This document shows positions 30,198 to 40,752 of a stretch of DNA of 64,000 nt, one piece after another (position 1 is the stretch's first letter; each line of letters begins with the position of its first letter). The translations under genes and the position numbers were made by a program. The notes under the pieces are model-generated. The model made no database searches. It saw nothing but the letters and a program-made list of their open reading frames with translations, and was not told the origin of the DNA. The stretch is from Hyphomicrobiales bacterium. GTDB taxonomy: Bacteria; Pseudomonadota; Alphaproteobacteria; Rhizobiales; UBA4765. The stretch is from the NCBI GenBank assembly GCA_019748135.1, contig JAIEPZ010000023.1, forward strand, positions 14,742 to 78,741. The letters run 5' to 3'.

Positions 30198-30447
30198 TTT
30201 GCTCGTCTCACGCTTGCCCGGATTTTCCGGTGCATTCCCTGTATGAAACCAACATAGCCGCAATCTGTAGAATTCGACTTAAAACTCTAGATGAATACTT
30301 CATAACCTCGCACGCGGTTAACAGTTAACCTGCGAAGGCTGATATTTACTTTCGATTGACTCTAAGGCCGCCGACCAGCGCGGCGCCGATCGACTGCCTT
30401 TCGAGCAAGGTCTTGCACTCTCGCTGCCCAGCCGCTAACGCCTGTGC

Positions 30448-30960
30448 ATGGAACAGTTGACGCAAGACCTTGTGCATTTTGTACGTGATAACCAGCATTG
30501 GGGACCGCCGCTCGTCGGATTTCTGGCGTTTTGCGAAAGTTTGGCTGTGATCTCCCTTTTTGTGCCGGCGACCTCGATTCTTCTGGGTATTGGCATTTTG
30601 GCGGCAGCGAGCAATATCGACCTGGTCCCGGTTATCCTGGGAGGTGGTATTGGCGCTGCCCTTGGCGACTGGGTATCTTACTGGTTCGGGTGGCGCTATG
30701 GCAGTGAAGTCAAGAACATGGGGCCGTTCGTTAAGCGCCAGGCCATCCTGGAGCGAGGCGAAGCCTTCTTCCGGCGCTGGGGAGCGGGTGGCGTGTTCAT
30801 CGGCCGCTTCTTCGGGCCTTTGCGGGCGATTGTACCATTGCTGGCCGGCATGAGCCGCATGCCGTTCTGGGCGTTCCAGACCGCCAACTGGACATCTGCC
30901 TGGATCTGGTCGGCCTTGCTGCTTGGCGGCCCGTCGCTGGGCTTCTCGATCTGGCGCTAG
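30448..30960 (+). CDS. DedA family membrane protein
   Basis: ESLAVISLFVP, GAALGDWVSYW.G, FIGRFFGPLRA.VPL.AG. Confidence 0.92.
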   Translation: MEQLTQDLVHFVRDNQHWGPPLVGFLAFCESLAVISLFVPATSILLGIGILAAASNIDLVPVILGGGIGAALGDWVSYWFGWRYGSEVKNMGPFVKRQAILERGEAFFRRWGAGGVFIGRFFGPLRAIVPLLAGMSRMPFWAFQTANWTSAWIWSALLLGGPSLGFSIWR

Positions 30961-30965
30961 AGCCG

Positions 30966-31427
30966 TCACAACATCATCTTGAAGGCCTCATGTGTGCGGG
31001 CAAACCCCAGGCGCTCATAAAAGCGGTGGGCAGCCAGCCGCTTCTTGTTGGAGGATAACTCCATCATGCCAGCCCCGCGCCGGCGGGCTTCATTCAGCGC
31101 ATAGCGCACCATCTGCTCACCGACGCCCTGGCTGCGGTTCTCCGCGAGCACATGGACACTTTCGAGCTTGGCGCGCAGCAGGCCGTGATTGACGAGGCCG
31201 GGAATGAAGGTGAGATGGAAGGTGCCGACGATCTTGCGATCAACGAGAGCAACAAAGAGAGCATTGTCGCTGCTTGCGGCAATACGCTCGAAGACCTGCT
31301 CATAGACCGCTATAGGCGCCAGCCCACGATATTCGGCGTGCCCACCCACATCGTCAGCCGCAAAGATTGCCAGAATGCCCGGCAAATCATGGCGCGTGGC
31401 GGCGCGGATGGTCAGCGGTACTGTCAT
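30966..31427 (-). CDS. GNAT family N-acetyltransferase
   Basis: V....RSQGVG motif A, AHRFYERLGF. Confidence 0.9.
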   Translation of the reverse strand: MTVPLTIRAATRHDLPGILAIFAADDVGGHAEYRGLAPIAVYEQVFERIAASSDNALFVALVDRKIVGTFHLTFIPGLVNHGLLRAKLESVHVLAENRSQGVGEQMVRYALNEARRRGAGMMELSSNKKRLAAHRFYERLGFARTHEAFKMML

Positions 31428-31434
31428 GCCCCGC

Positions 31435-32937
31435 TCATATCCCGAGCTTTGACTTCAGCATATCGTTGACAACCTGCGGATTGGCCTTGCCACCGGTCTG
31501 TTTCATCACCTGGCCAACGAACCAGCCGAGCATGGTGGGCTTCGCCTTCGCCTGCTCGACCTTGTCGGGGCTGGCGGCAATCACCGCGTCAACCGCCGCC
31601 TCAATCGCGCCCGCATCAGTCACCTGCCGCAAACCGCGCTTCTCGACAATGTCGCGCGGATCAGCAGCCTTGTCCTCACCGATGATAATGGCCAACACAT
31701 CCTTGGCGATCTTGCCGGAAATCACCCCTTCGCTGATGAGATCAACCAGGCTGGCGATCTGGGCCGGCGTGATGTGTGTGGCCGAGGCCGCAAGGTTCTG
31801 GCTGTTGGCGAAGGCCGCCACATCGCCATTGATCCAGTTCGCAACCTGCTTGGCGTCACGCTTCTTATCGCCGGATGTGACGGCGGCCTCGAAATAATCG
31901 GCCGTTTCCTTTTCTGCCGTCAGCACGCTCGCATCATAGGAGGTAAGGCCGTAATCAGCGATGAAGCGGGCCTTCTTGGCGTCCGGCAATTCCGGCAATT
32001 CGGCGCGGATATTTTCCACATAGACATCGTCGAATTCGAGCGGCAGCAGGTCAGGATCGGGGAAGTAGCGGTAATCATGCGCCTCCTCCTTGGAGCGCAT
32101 GGAGCGCGTCTCGCCTTTGCCCGCATCATAAAGGCGGGTTTCCTGATCAATTGCGCCGCCATCCTCCAGAATGCCGATCTGGCGGCGCGCCTCGTATTCG
32201 ATCGCCTGACCGACAAAGCGGATGGAATTGACGTTCTTGATCTCGCAGCGTGTGCCAAGCTTGGGGTCGCCCTTGCGGCGGACCGACACATTCACGTCAG
32301 CGCGCATGGAGCCCTTTTCCATGTCGCCATCGCAGGTGCCGAGATAGCGCAAAATGGTGCGCATCTTGGTGAGATAGGCCTTCGCCTGCTCGGTGGAGCG
32401 GATATCGGGGCGCGAGACGATCTCCATGAGCGCAATGCCTGAGCGGTTGAGATCGACAAACGACATGGTGGGGTGCTGGTCATGCAGCGATTTGCCGGCG
32501 TCCTGCTCCAGATGAAGGCGCTCGATACCGATCTTGACGCTCGCCCCGTCAGCAAGATCGAGGCTCACCTCACCCTCTCCAACGATCGGGCTTTTGTACT
32601 GGCTGATCTGATAGCCCTGCGGCAAATCGGGGTAGAAATAATTCTTGCGGTCAAACACCGAGCGGTTGTTGATCCTGGCCTTGAGGCCAAGCCCGGTGCG
32701 AATGGCCTGGCGTACGCATTCCTCGTTGATCACCGGCAGCATGCCGGGCATGGCCGCATCCACCAGGCTCACATTGGCGTTCGGCTCAGCACCAAAGACG
32801 GTGGAAGCGCCCGAAAACAGCTTCGACTTCGACGTCACCTGGGCATGAACCTCCATGCCGACAACGAGTTCCCAGTCGCCCGTTGCGCCCTTGATGATCT
32901 GGTGATTTGCGGAAGAAGCGTGCGGGCTAACTGTCAT
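31435..32937 (-). CDS. gatB: Asp-tRNA(Asn)/Glu-tRNA(Gln) amidotransferase subunit B
   Basis: [42 protein letters not shown]. Confidence 0.98.
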   Translation of the reverse strand: MTVSPHASSANHQIIKGATGDWELVVGMEVHAQVTSKSKLFSGASTVFGAEPNANVSLVDAAMPGMLPVINEECVRQAIRTGLGLKARINNRSVFDRKNYFYPDLPQGYQISQYKSPIVGEGEVSLDLADGASVKIGIERLHLEQDAGKSLHDQHPTMSFVDLNRSGIALMEIVSRPDIRSTEQAKAYLTKMRTILRYLGTCDGDMEKGSMRADVNVSVRRKGDPKLGTRCEIKNVNSIRFVGQAIEYEARRQIGILEDGGAIDQETRLYDAGKGETRSMRSKEEAHDYRYFPDPDLLPLEFDDVYVENIRAELPELPDAKKARFIADYGLTSYDASVLTAEKETADYFEAAVTSGDKKRDAKQVANWINGDVAAFANSQNLAASATHITPAQIASLVDLISEGVISGKIAKDVLAIIIGEDKAADPRDIVEKRGLRQVTDAGAIEAAVDAVIAASPDKVEQAKAKPTMLGWFVGQVMKQTGGKANPQVVNDMLKSKLGI

Positions 32938-33035
32938 GATGGCTTTCGATTGCTAGTGAACAGGCGGATATAATTATTTGCTAAACATCCCTGTCCCACG
33001 GTTCAAGCACTTAGCATCACGAACGGAATTTTGTC

Positions 33036-33734
33036 ATGTCGGCGATCATAATCCTGCTGATTATCGTACTGGTGCTCTTAGCCTATTCCTTATGGGTTGC
33101 GCTGTCGCTGCAACGGCGGTTCAAGCGCATCAAATTCATTGAAACATTCCGATGGCCGCAAGGATTGCTTGCCAAGCTTGAGGCCAAACATGGCTTGGCA
33201 CGGAAGCAATCTGCACTCATTGCCCAAGGGTTACGTCAATTTTTTATGGCTTATCTTGAAGGAGGCACGAAATATGTCGCCATGCCTTCACAGGCTGTTG
33301 ACGAGTTATGGCATGAATTCATTCTCTTTACGCGCGATTACGAGGATTTTTGTAAAAACGCTTTCGGCTCATTCCTTCATCACACGCCGGCGGTGGTATT
33401 AGACGGGGGAGAAAACAGGGATAATGCCGGCCTGGCCCGTGTCTGGCATCATTGCTGTGTCGATGAAGGAATTGATGCCCGCAACCCATCGCGATTGCCG
33501 CTTCTATTTGCGCTCGATACCAAATTCAACTGGCCCGGCGGTTATCGCTACACCCCCAATTGCGACGCCTTGCGTCGAAATGGCGATGATGCGACCCAAT
33601 GCGCCAGCGACTTTGCCCAACATCTCGGGAGAGCAAAGGATGCCGGGTATAGCAACGCTGGATGCAGCGGCGGATCTGATAGTTCCGCCCACGGAGACGG
33701 AGACGGCGGCGGGTGTGGAGGTGGAGGCGAATAG
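33036..33734 (+). CDS. Membrane-anchored glycine-rich-domain (GRDP-like) protein
   Basis: N-terminal TM; MPS.AVDELWHEFIL.TRDY..FC...FG.FLHH motif; C-terminal GDGDGGGCGGGG tail. Confidence 0.7.
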   Translation: MSAIIILLIIVLVLLAYSLWVALSLQRRFKRIKFIETFRWPQGLLAKLEAKHGLARKQSALIAQGLRQFFMAYLEGGTKYVAMPSQAVDELWHEFILFTRDYEDFCKNAFGSFLHHTPAVVLDGGENRDNAGLARVWHHCCVDEGIDARNPSRLPLLFALDTKFNWPGGYRYTPNCDALRRNGDDATQCASDFAQHLGRAKDAGYSNAGCSGGSDSSAHGDGDGGGCGGGGE

Positions 33735-33764
33735 GGCCGTAAGCCTCCTTACTGGAGCCGGAAA

Positions 33765-34157
33765 TTACCCTGCCTCACCCTCCGCCTCTTCGAGGTCCTC
33801 GAAGAGGTCATAGGAGATGGCGGCCTTTTCGGCGTTGATCTTGGCTTCAATCGAGATGTGGCTCAGCTGCATGGCATCATAGATCTTGCGTGCCTTGTCG
33901 AGATCATCGCCGAAGCCCGCTTCTTCGGCATCATAGTAATAGGCGATACCGGTCCAGGCCATGATCTCCTGGCCCATAGAGCGACCGCCACATTGCTTCT
34001 CGAAGTAATCGAGCTGCGCGTCGGAGATGGCGGTGGCAAAATCGACGAGGCTCGATTTCTCGAACGCCTTCAACAGCTCACGCCATTTGCTGAAAGCAGC
34101 ACGGTAATAGTCGCTAACCTGCTCGTTCTCGCGGAGCGCTTCGATCGTGTTCATCAT
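33765..34157 (-). CDS. Hypothetical acidic protein (130 aa)
   Basis: ATGA overlap with the gatA stop, host-like codon usage, 27 D/E versus 13 K/R. Confidence 0.7.
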   Translation of the reverse strand: MMNTIEALRENEQVSDYYRAAFSKWRELLKAFEKSSLVDFATAISDAQLDYFEKQCGGRSMGQEIMAWTGIAYYYDAEEAGFGDDLDKARKIYDAMQLSHISIEAKINAEKAAISYDLFEDLEEAEGEAG

Positions 34158-35674
34158 GGCGTCCACCATGCAGGCGCAGTGAAGCGACCGGCGGCGCGCT
34201 CGATCACGTGGCCGCAGCGAAACAGCGTTTCCTCGGCAAAGGGCTGGCCGACAAGTTGAAGGGCAAGCGGCAATCCCTTCGCGTCAAGCCCGGCCGGAAC
34301 GGCGATGCCTGGCAGGCCGGCCATGTTGACGGTAACCGTGAAGATATCGTTCAGGTACATTTCAACCGGATCAGCCGATCCCTTTTCGCCAATTCCAAAG
34401 GCAGAGGACGGGGTGGCGGGCGTCAGCACGGCGTCCACCCCGGCGGCGAAGGCCAGATCGAAATCGCGCTTGATGAGGGTTCGGATCTTCTGAGCCTTCA
34501 CGTAATAGGCATCATAATAGCCGGCCGACAGCACATAGGTGCCGATCATGATGCGCCGGCGCACCTCTTTGCCGAAGCCGCTGGCGCGGGTTTTCTCGTA
34601 CATGCCGGTGATGTCACCGCCCTGCTCGCGCAAGCCATAGCGCACGCCGTCATAGCGCGCCAGGTTTGAGGACGCTTCGGCAGGAGCGACGATATAATAG
34701 GCAGGCAGCGCATATTTGGTGTGAGGCAGCGAGATGTCGACGATTCTGGCGCCAGCATCCTTCAGCCAGGCAATGCCTTGCTGCCACAGCGCCTCGATCT
34801 CGGGCGCCATGCCGTCGAGCCGGTATTCCTTGGGGATACCGATCGTGAGCCCCCTCACCTCGCCAGTCAGCGCCTTTTCATAATCAGGCACGGGGGCATC
34901 AACGGCGGTTGAATCGCGCTCATCATTGCCTGCCATCGAGCGCAGCATGATCGCCGCATCCCGCACGTCGCGGGCAATCGGCCCCGCCTGATCGAGCGAG
35001 GAGGCAAAGGCAACGATGCCCCAGCGCGAACAGCGGCCATAGGTGGGCTTGATACCAACGGTACCGGTGAAGGCTGCGGGCTGGCGGATCGAGCCACCGG
35101 TGTCGGTTGCGGTCGCTCCCGCACAGAGCCGTGCCGCCACTGCCGCCGCCGATCCGCCTGACGAGCCGCCGGGCACGAGGGCGGTCCCTTCGAGCGCGCC
35201 GGCGTTCGTGCCCACGTTCGATCCCGCGCGTCGCCACGGATTGACCACCGGTCCGAAGGCCGAGGTCTCGTTTGATGAACCCATGGCAAATTCATCACAG
35301 TTGAGCTTGCCGAGCATAACCGCGCCATCGCGCCAGAGCTGGCTGGTGACGGTCGATTCATAAGGAGGAATGAAACCGCCCAGGATGTTTGAACATGCGG
35401 TCGAGCGCACGCCTTCAGTACAAAAGAGGTCCTTGATGCCAAGCGGAATACCCTCAAGCGGGCGGGCATTGCCTGATGCCAGCCGGCGGTCGCTCTCGGC
35501 TGCCATGGCAAGCGCTTTCTCCGGCGTCTCGATCACATAGGCGTTCAGCACGCGCGCCTTTTCGATCGCCGCGAGATAGGCACTGGTCAGTTCGTGGGCG
35601 GTGAATGATTTTGCCGCCAGGCCATCGCGCGCTTCGGCGATGGTCAACGCCGTCAGATCGTTTGCCCCACTCAT
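34154..35674 (-). CDS. gatA: Asp-tRNA(Asn)/Glu-tRNA(Gln) amidotransferase subunit A
   Basis: Amidase signature [41 protein letters not shown]. Confidence 0.98.
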   Translation of the reverse strand: MSGANDLTALTIAEARDGLAAKSFTAHELTSAYLAAIEKARVLNAYVIETPEKALAMAAESDRRLASGNARPLEGIPLGIKDLFCTEGVRSTACSNILGGFIPPYESTVTSQLWRDGAVMLGKLNCDEFAMGSSNETSAFGPVVNPWRRAGSNVGTNAGALEGTALVPGGSSGGSAAAVAARLCAGATATDTGGSIRQPAAFTGTVGIKPTYGRCSRWGIVAFASSLDQAGPIARDVRDAAIMLRSMAGNDERDSTAVDAPVPDYEKALTGEVRGLTIGIPKEYRLDGMAPEIEALWQQGIAWLKDAGARIVDISLPHTKYALPAYYIVAPAEASSNLARYDGVRYGLREQGGDITGMYEKTRASGFGKEVRRRIMIGTYVLSAGYYDAYYVKAQKIRTLIKRDFDLAFAAGVDAVLTPATPSSAFGIGEKGSADPVEMYLNDIFTVTVNMAGLPGIAVPAGLDAKGLPLALQLVGQPFAEETLFRCGHVIERAAGRFTAPAWWTP

Positions 35675-35958
35675 TCGACCACCTTGGGCACCAGAAAGAA
35701 ATGATCTTCACTTGCCGGCGCGTTGGCGGTGATCTTGTCCGCCTCACCGCCCGCCGTTACAACATCCCTGCGCTTCTTCAGCGCCATCGGAATGACCGAA
35801 ATCATCGGCTCGATGCCTGTGACATCAACCTCATTCAACTGCTCGACAAAGGCCAGCATGGCATTCAATTCGCTTTGCAGATGCGGCACTTCATCATCGC
35901 TGAGTGCGATGCGCGACAGGCGCGCGACACGCTTCACGGTATTAGAATCAACCGACAT
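35671..35958 (-). CDS. gatC: Asp-tRNA(Asn)/Glu-tRNA(Gln) amidotransferase subunit C
   Basis: [33 protein letters not shown]. Confidence 0.97.
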   Translation of the reverse strand: MSVDSNTVKRVARLSRIALSDDEVPHLQSELNAMLAFVEQLNEVDVTGIEPMISVIPMALKKRRDVVTAGGEADKITANAPASEDHFFLVPKVVE

Positions 35959-36046
35959 GGCTTTCCATTTCTCAAAATGAACGGCCTGATAGCATCAGCC
36001 CTTGCGCCAGCGCAATCAACCACTGCCGTCAGGCGCGACATCGCCT

Positions 36047-36817
36047 CTAGCGGGTGACGAGGCGAAAACGCTTCAGCTCACGAGGTGACAGGACACGGAT
36101 CATCGTCGGTTCGACGGAATGAGCAAGGGCGACCAGCTGCGGATTGGCGCCCATGAAGCGCAAATAGGTGCGCTCAAGATCACCGATCCGGTTGATGTCC
36201 CACCCGCCGGGCTTCTTCCTGTCGAACAAGGGAATTCCAAAGAAGGTTTCCTCGATCAAGGTCGGGCGGTGAACGCCAAGGCGACTGGTCTGCGGCACCA
36301 TGCGCTTCACCCCGCCCATGAATGTGAACACGCAAGCCGAATAGCAGATGCCGTTCACCGGATGCGCGTCACCCCATTGTTCGCGCTCTTTCTTCGCGGT
36401 GCGCCCCTGCGTCAACAGCCCATGAGCCTCCAGCGTCTGCGCATTCACAAACCGTCCGACATAAACAATCATGCCGAGGCGGCGGAACTCGATACCAAGG
36501 CGCATGCTGGCAGCCAGATCGCCGCCCGGCGAATGCAGCAGCACAGCGCGGCGGGCGCCTGGCTCATTGCCTTCGCGTTCGACGAAACGGCGGAATTCTG
36601 CCGGAGTATCATGCGAAATGGCGCCAACAGCCTCCAGCACCCTGGGGCATGGCACGCGGCCGCACCGCCCGTCGGCACCCAGCGACACCCAGCGAAATTC
36701 CATATCTGCCGCCTGCGCCCGATCAAGCGTGACGCCGGCTAGGGCGATGATGGCTGCGAGCACATGGCACAGCCTGCCCGTTAGTCGTCGGCTCTGGTCT
36801 GGAACACGCAGGCGCAT
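36047..36817 (-). CDS. Exported ClpP/crotonase-fold protein (COG3904-like)
   Basis: Signal peptide (AQA), LHSPGG, C.SAC...FMGG..R, S.LGVH. Confidence 0.72.
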   Translation of the reverse strand: MRLRVPDQSRRLTGRLCHVLAAIIALAGVTLDRAQAADMEFRWVSLGADGRCGRVPCPRVLEAVGAISHDTPAEFRRFVEREGNEPGARRAVLLHSPGGDLAASMRLGIEFRRLGMIVYVGRFVNAQTLEAHGLLTQGRTAKKEREQWGDAHPVNGICYSACVFTFMGGVKRMVPQTSRLGVHRPTLIEETFFGIPLFDRKKPGGWDINRIGDLERTYLRFMGANPQLVALAHSVEPTMIRVLSPRELKRFRLVTR

Positions 36818-36851
36818 CTCGTATAAATCCTCTCCCTTTGAGGAAGTGCGA

Positions 36852-36926
<75 letters not shown>

Positions 36927-36977
36927 GTTGATTTACGATTAGGGCGCGACAAAGAAACACGCAAGCGCTGTTGGCGC

Positions 36978-38105
36978 CTACTCGCTCCTCGGATCAAGCG
37001 CATCGCGCAAGCCGTCGCCCAGAAAATTGAGCGCAAACAAAGTGGACACAAGAAAAAGTGCTGGAAATACCAGCAACCAGGTCGCGCCTTCAATATTGCG
37101 TGCGCCCTCGGCAATCAGCACACCCCAACTTGTCATTGGCTCCTGCACACCAAGGCCAAGGAAGGACAGGAAGCTTTCGCCGAGGATCACTTTGGGCACC
37201 AGAAGCGTCATGTAGACGATGATGACACCGAAGGTGTTGGGAATGATATGCTGCGCAATCACGCCTGCAGGCCTGACGCCCAGCGCGTTTGCCGCCATAA
37301 CGAATTCGCGCCGTTTCAGGGATAACGTCTGGCCGCGAACGATCCGCGCCATATCGAGCCATTCAATAGCGCCGACGGCCAAAAACATCAGCACGACATT
37401 TCGCCCCAGAAAGACAACGAGCATGATGACAAAAAAGATGAAGGGCAGCGCATACAGGATATCGACGATGCGCATCATCACACCGTCCACCAGACCGCCC
37501 GCATAGCCAGCAATGGCGCCGTAGGCGACGCCGATCAGCAGGGCTACCGCCGTTGCCAGACATCCGATCAGGAGACTGACCCGCCCGGCGATCAGCGTGC
37601 GCGCCAAAAGATCGCGACCATTGCCGTCGGTTCCAAAGAGGAAATAGCGCTTGATGATCGGCACGCTGACGGAAAGGCGCCTGCCGCCATCGCTGAGTTC
37701 GATCGCCTCGGCGGCGGCAAAGAGATCGGAGCGCTCGAAGAGGGCTGTCAGGCGCCGGTCGATCGGTCGCTCGGCGGTGAGACTGACCTCCACGCGCTCG
37801 CCTGATACCATCACGCGCTCGACCTTGGTGCGCATGCGCGCAGCGATACGGTCGATAGCCGGCCCGATCTGATCGGGGCGCGGATAGGCCGTCAGGCTTG
37901 GCGGGGTGCGGACATAATCGGTGAAGACGCGCGTGAAGTCATGGGGCTGGAGGGCTGGACCGACAATTGCTGCAAACGTCATGACGCAGAGAAAGACAAG
38001 GCTTGCCATGGCTGCCTTGTGGCGCTTGAGGCGTGCCCAGGCGCGCTGGTGCGGCGAGCCGGGCTGCATGTGGGCTGGCGGGGATGCGGGAGAATGCGCG
38101 CTCAT
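36978..38105 (-). CDS. oppC: Oligopeptide ABC transporter permease
   Basis: FGTD.NGRDL, ARIVRGQTLSLK.REFV, ESFLSFLGLG. Confidence 0.9.
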   Translation of the reverse strand: MSAHSPASPPAHMQPGSPHQRAWARLKRHKAAMASLVFLCVMTFAAIVGPALQPHDFTRVFTDYVRTPPSLTAYPRPDQIGPAIDRIAARMRTKVERVMVSGERVEVSLTAERPIDRRLTALFERSDLFAAAEAIELSDGGRRLSVSVPIIKRYFLFGTDGNGRDLLARTLIAGRVSLLIGCLATAVALLIGVAYGAIAGYAGGLVDGVMMRIVDILYALPFIFFVIMLVVFLGRNVVLMFLAVGAIEWLDMARIVRGQTLSLKRREFVMAANALGVRPAGVIAQHIIPNTFGVIIVYMTLLVPKVILGESFLSFLGLGVQEPMTSWGVLIAEGARNIEGATWLLVFPALFLVSTLFALNFLGDGLRDALDPRSE

Positions 38106-39022
38106 GATTCTTGCACCCGTGGATCAAGAAGAGCGTAGAGAATATCGACGACAAGATTGAAAACCAGCACGAAAACCGCAATCAGCACAACGGTCCCCAT
38201 CACCAGCGTATAGTCTCGGTTGAGCGCTGCATCGACGAAATAGCGACCAATACCCGGCAGACCGAAGACCGTTTCGACCACCAGTGAGCCTGTCAGCAGG
38301 GAGGCCGCCGCCGGCCCCAGATAGGAGACGACAGGCAGCAGCGCACCGCGCAGCGCGTGAAGGGCAACGCCAGTCTGCGACAGGCCATAGGCACGCAGGG
38401 TGCGAATATGGTTGGCGCGCAGCGCCTCGATCATCGATGCGCGCGTGAGGCGCGCTACAACCGCGATCTGCGGGAGCGCAAGCACGATCACCGGCATGAT
38501 GAGGTTGCGGATGTTGCCATTGTCAAAGCCAGCGACCGGCAGCCAGTGAAGCGTCAGCGCCAGCAGGATTTGCAGCAGCGGACCGATGACGAAATTGGGG
38601 ATCGTCAGGCCAAGCGTCGCGCCGACCATGACCGCATGATCCATGGTGCGGTTCTGGCGCAGCGCCGCGAGGGTGCCCAGCAACACACCAAGACCAAACG
38701 ACAGCACCAGCGCCAGTGTGCCGAGCAGGATCGATACCGGCAGGCCGTGGCCAAGCAATTCGGCAACGGTAAAATCGCGCACGGAAAAGGATGGCCCGAA
38801 ATCACCGCGCAGGAGCGATGCCAGGTAATTGCCATATTGAACGATCAGAGGCTGGTCGAGCTGGTAGATGCGCCGCAGATTAGCGAGTACCTGCGGATCA
38901 AGCGGTCGCTCAAGATCAAACGGCCCGCCAGGCGCCAGGCGGATCAGAAAGAATGACAGGGTGACGACGACAAACAGCGTCGGCACGCAGGCTGCCAGGC
39001 GACGGGTTACATAACCGATCAT
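38102..39022 (-). CDS. oppB: Oligopeptide ABC transporter permease
   Basis: RLAPGGPF, ARLTRASM, ETVFGLPGIG, NRDY. Confidence 0.9.
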   Translation of the reverse strand: MIGYVTRRLAACVPTLFVVVTLSFFLIRLAPGGPFDLERPLDPQVLANLRRIYQLDQPLIVQYGNYLASLLRGDFGPSFSVRDFTVAELLGHGLPVSILLGTLALVLSFGLGVLLGTLAALRQNRTMDHAVMVGATLGLTIPNFVIGPLLQILLALTLHWLPVAGFDNGNIRNLIMPVIVLALPQIAVVARLTRASMIEALRANHIRTLRAYGLSQTGVALHALRGALLPVVSYLGPAAASLLTGSLVVETVFGLPGIGRYFVDAALNRDYTLVMGTVVLIAVFVLVFNLVVDILYALLDPRVQES

Positions 39023-39046
39023 CGGCGGGGACGCCTGCCCTGACGA

Positions 39047-40639
39047 TCAATTCCGGATCGACATGAAACGCGTGGCGTTGGCGCCGCGCAAATTCGGCGT
39101 GAAGCCCGAGAGCTTCGGCGAGATCAGGATGCGGTTTGTATAAAACAGCAAGGGCGCAACGGGCGCCTCGGCAAGCAGCAGGGTCTCGGCCTCGCGCAGA
39201 ATACCAGCACGCGCCTCAAGGTTCAGTCCACGCGCCGCTGATTTCATCAACGCGTCGTATTTTGCATGTGCCCAGCTCGGGTAGTTGAGCCCGCCATTGC
39301 CGCTCTCGAACAGGAAGAGGAAATTCTGCGGATCGTTGTAATCAGCGATCCAGCCGGCGCGGGCGATGTCATAGGCACCCTTTTCGCGCAGAAAGGCAAA
39401 ATGAGTTTTCGCGTCCGTCGAGATGAAACTGGTGTCAACCCCGATGCGTTTCCAGTCGCCCGCAAGGGCTACCGCCGTCGCCTTGTTGTTATCCGTTACA
39501 TTATAGCGCAATTCCACTTTAAGCGGGTTTGAGGAGCCAAAGCCTGCCTCGGCCAGCAGTTTCCTTGCCGTTTCCTCGCGCTCGATCACCGACTGATCCT
39601 GCCAGGCGACGGCGCCGGGACTGCCATAATTCGCCGTGCCGGGCGGCACGAAGGAATAGGCAGGCACCAGTGTACCCGCCCAGATTTCTTCCGACAGCAC
39701 CTCGCGGTCGACCGCCATAGCAAGGGCGCTGCGCACCCGCTTGTCGTCGAACGGGGGCTTTTTTGTATTGAAGGCGATGTAGTAGGTGCCAAGCAGCGGC
39801 GCGACGTTGACCTGGCTGCCAAGCTGCGTGCGCAGAGCCTTCAACTGATCGGCTGGAATGTCATTCATCGACAGGATTTCACCGGCGATGAAACGCCTTA
39901 CCCCCGCAGCCGTGTCCTTGATGGGAATATAGTTCACCTGGTCGATCCTGACATTGGCCGCATCGTGAAAATGTGGATTCTTGACCAGGGTGATCATTGT
40001 GTTGGGGAGGTTTTCCTTCAGCATATAGGCGCCGTTGGAAACGAGATTGCCCGCTTTGATAAAATCAGCTCCAAGCGCGCTCACGCTTGCTTCATTCAGT
40101 GGGCTTGGCGTCTGGTGGGTGAGGAGTTCGAGAAAATACGGTGTGGGATGTTCAAGCGTGATCTCGAGCGTGCGCTCGTCGATTGCCTTGACCCCCAACG
40201 TCTCGACCGGCGCCTTGCCGGTGTTGATGCTCTCGGCCCCGGCGATGGGATAGATGATGCTGGCATATTTGGCGCCGGTTTTCGGATCAACGATGCGGCG
40301 GAAGGAAAAGACGAAGTCGTTCGCCGTGACCGCCGCGCCGTTCGACCATTTGCCATTGGCGCGCAGCCGGAAGGTATAGACCTTGCCATCGGCTGAAACC
40401 GTCCAGCTTTCGGCGGCACCTGGGACCACCCTGCCCTGTCCGTCATGAATGACAAGACCTTCATAAAGGTCGCGGACGAGGTTTGCTTCCGCCACCGTCG
40501 ATGTTTTGTGGGGGTCGAGCGTCTCAGGGTCTGCATCATTGCCACGATGATAGACGGTCTGGGCAAGAACGGTCCCACTGGTCATGCCGATCAACGTCAC
40601 AACAAGCAGCAGGGATTTACACCGATCAATAAGGGCCAT
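39047..40639 (-). CDS. oppA: Oligopeptide ABC transporter substrate-binding protein (copy 2)
   Basis: Signal peptide; DPETLDPH, WSNG..VTA.DFV.S.RR, W.ADYNDP. Confidence 0.9.
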   Translation of the reverse strand: MALIDRCKSLLLVVTLIGMTSGTVLAQTVYHRGNDADPETLDPHKTSTVAEANLVRDLYEGLVIHDGQGRVVPGAAESWTVSADGKVYTFRLRANGKWSNGAAVTANDFVFSFRRIVDPKTGAKYASIIYPIAGAESINTGKAPVETLGVKAIDERTLEITLEHPTPYFLELLTHQTPSPLNEASVSALGADFIKAGNLVSNGAYMLKENLPNTMITLVKNPHFHDAANVRIDQVNYIPIKDTAAGVRRFIAGEILSMNDIPADQLKALRTQLGSQVNVAPLLGTYYIAFNTKKPPFDDKRVRSALAMAVDREVLSEEIWAGTLVPAYSFVPPGTANYGSPGAVAWQDQSVIEREETARKLLAEAGFGSSNPLKVELRYNVTDNNKATAVALAGDWKRIGVDTSFISTDAKTHFAFLREKGAYDIARAGWIADYNDPQNFLFLFESGNGGLNYPSWAHAKYDALMKSAARGLNLEARAGILREAETLLLAEAPVAPLLFYTNRILISPKLSGFTPNLRGANATRFMSIRN

Positions 40640-40752
40640 GGCTCACCTATCCAACACGACCAGATGATCGAAGCACGAAGACATGGCAGGCGTCAAAGCG
40701 ACAAGCGTCCGGCAGCAACCATGGTCAGACGTCATAATATGATAGCTGGACC

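Noticed and set aside
37640-37900. Extra domain of about 90 aa in OppC
   Set aside because: A similar periplasmic insertion is, to my knowledge, common in rhizobial OppC proteins; not novel.
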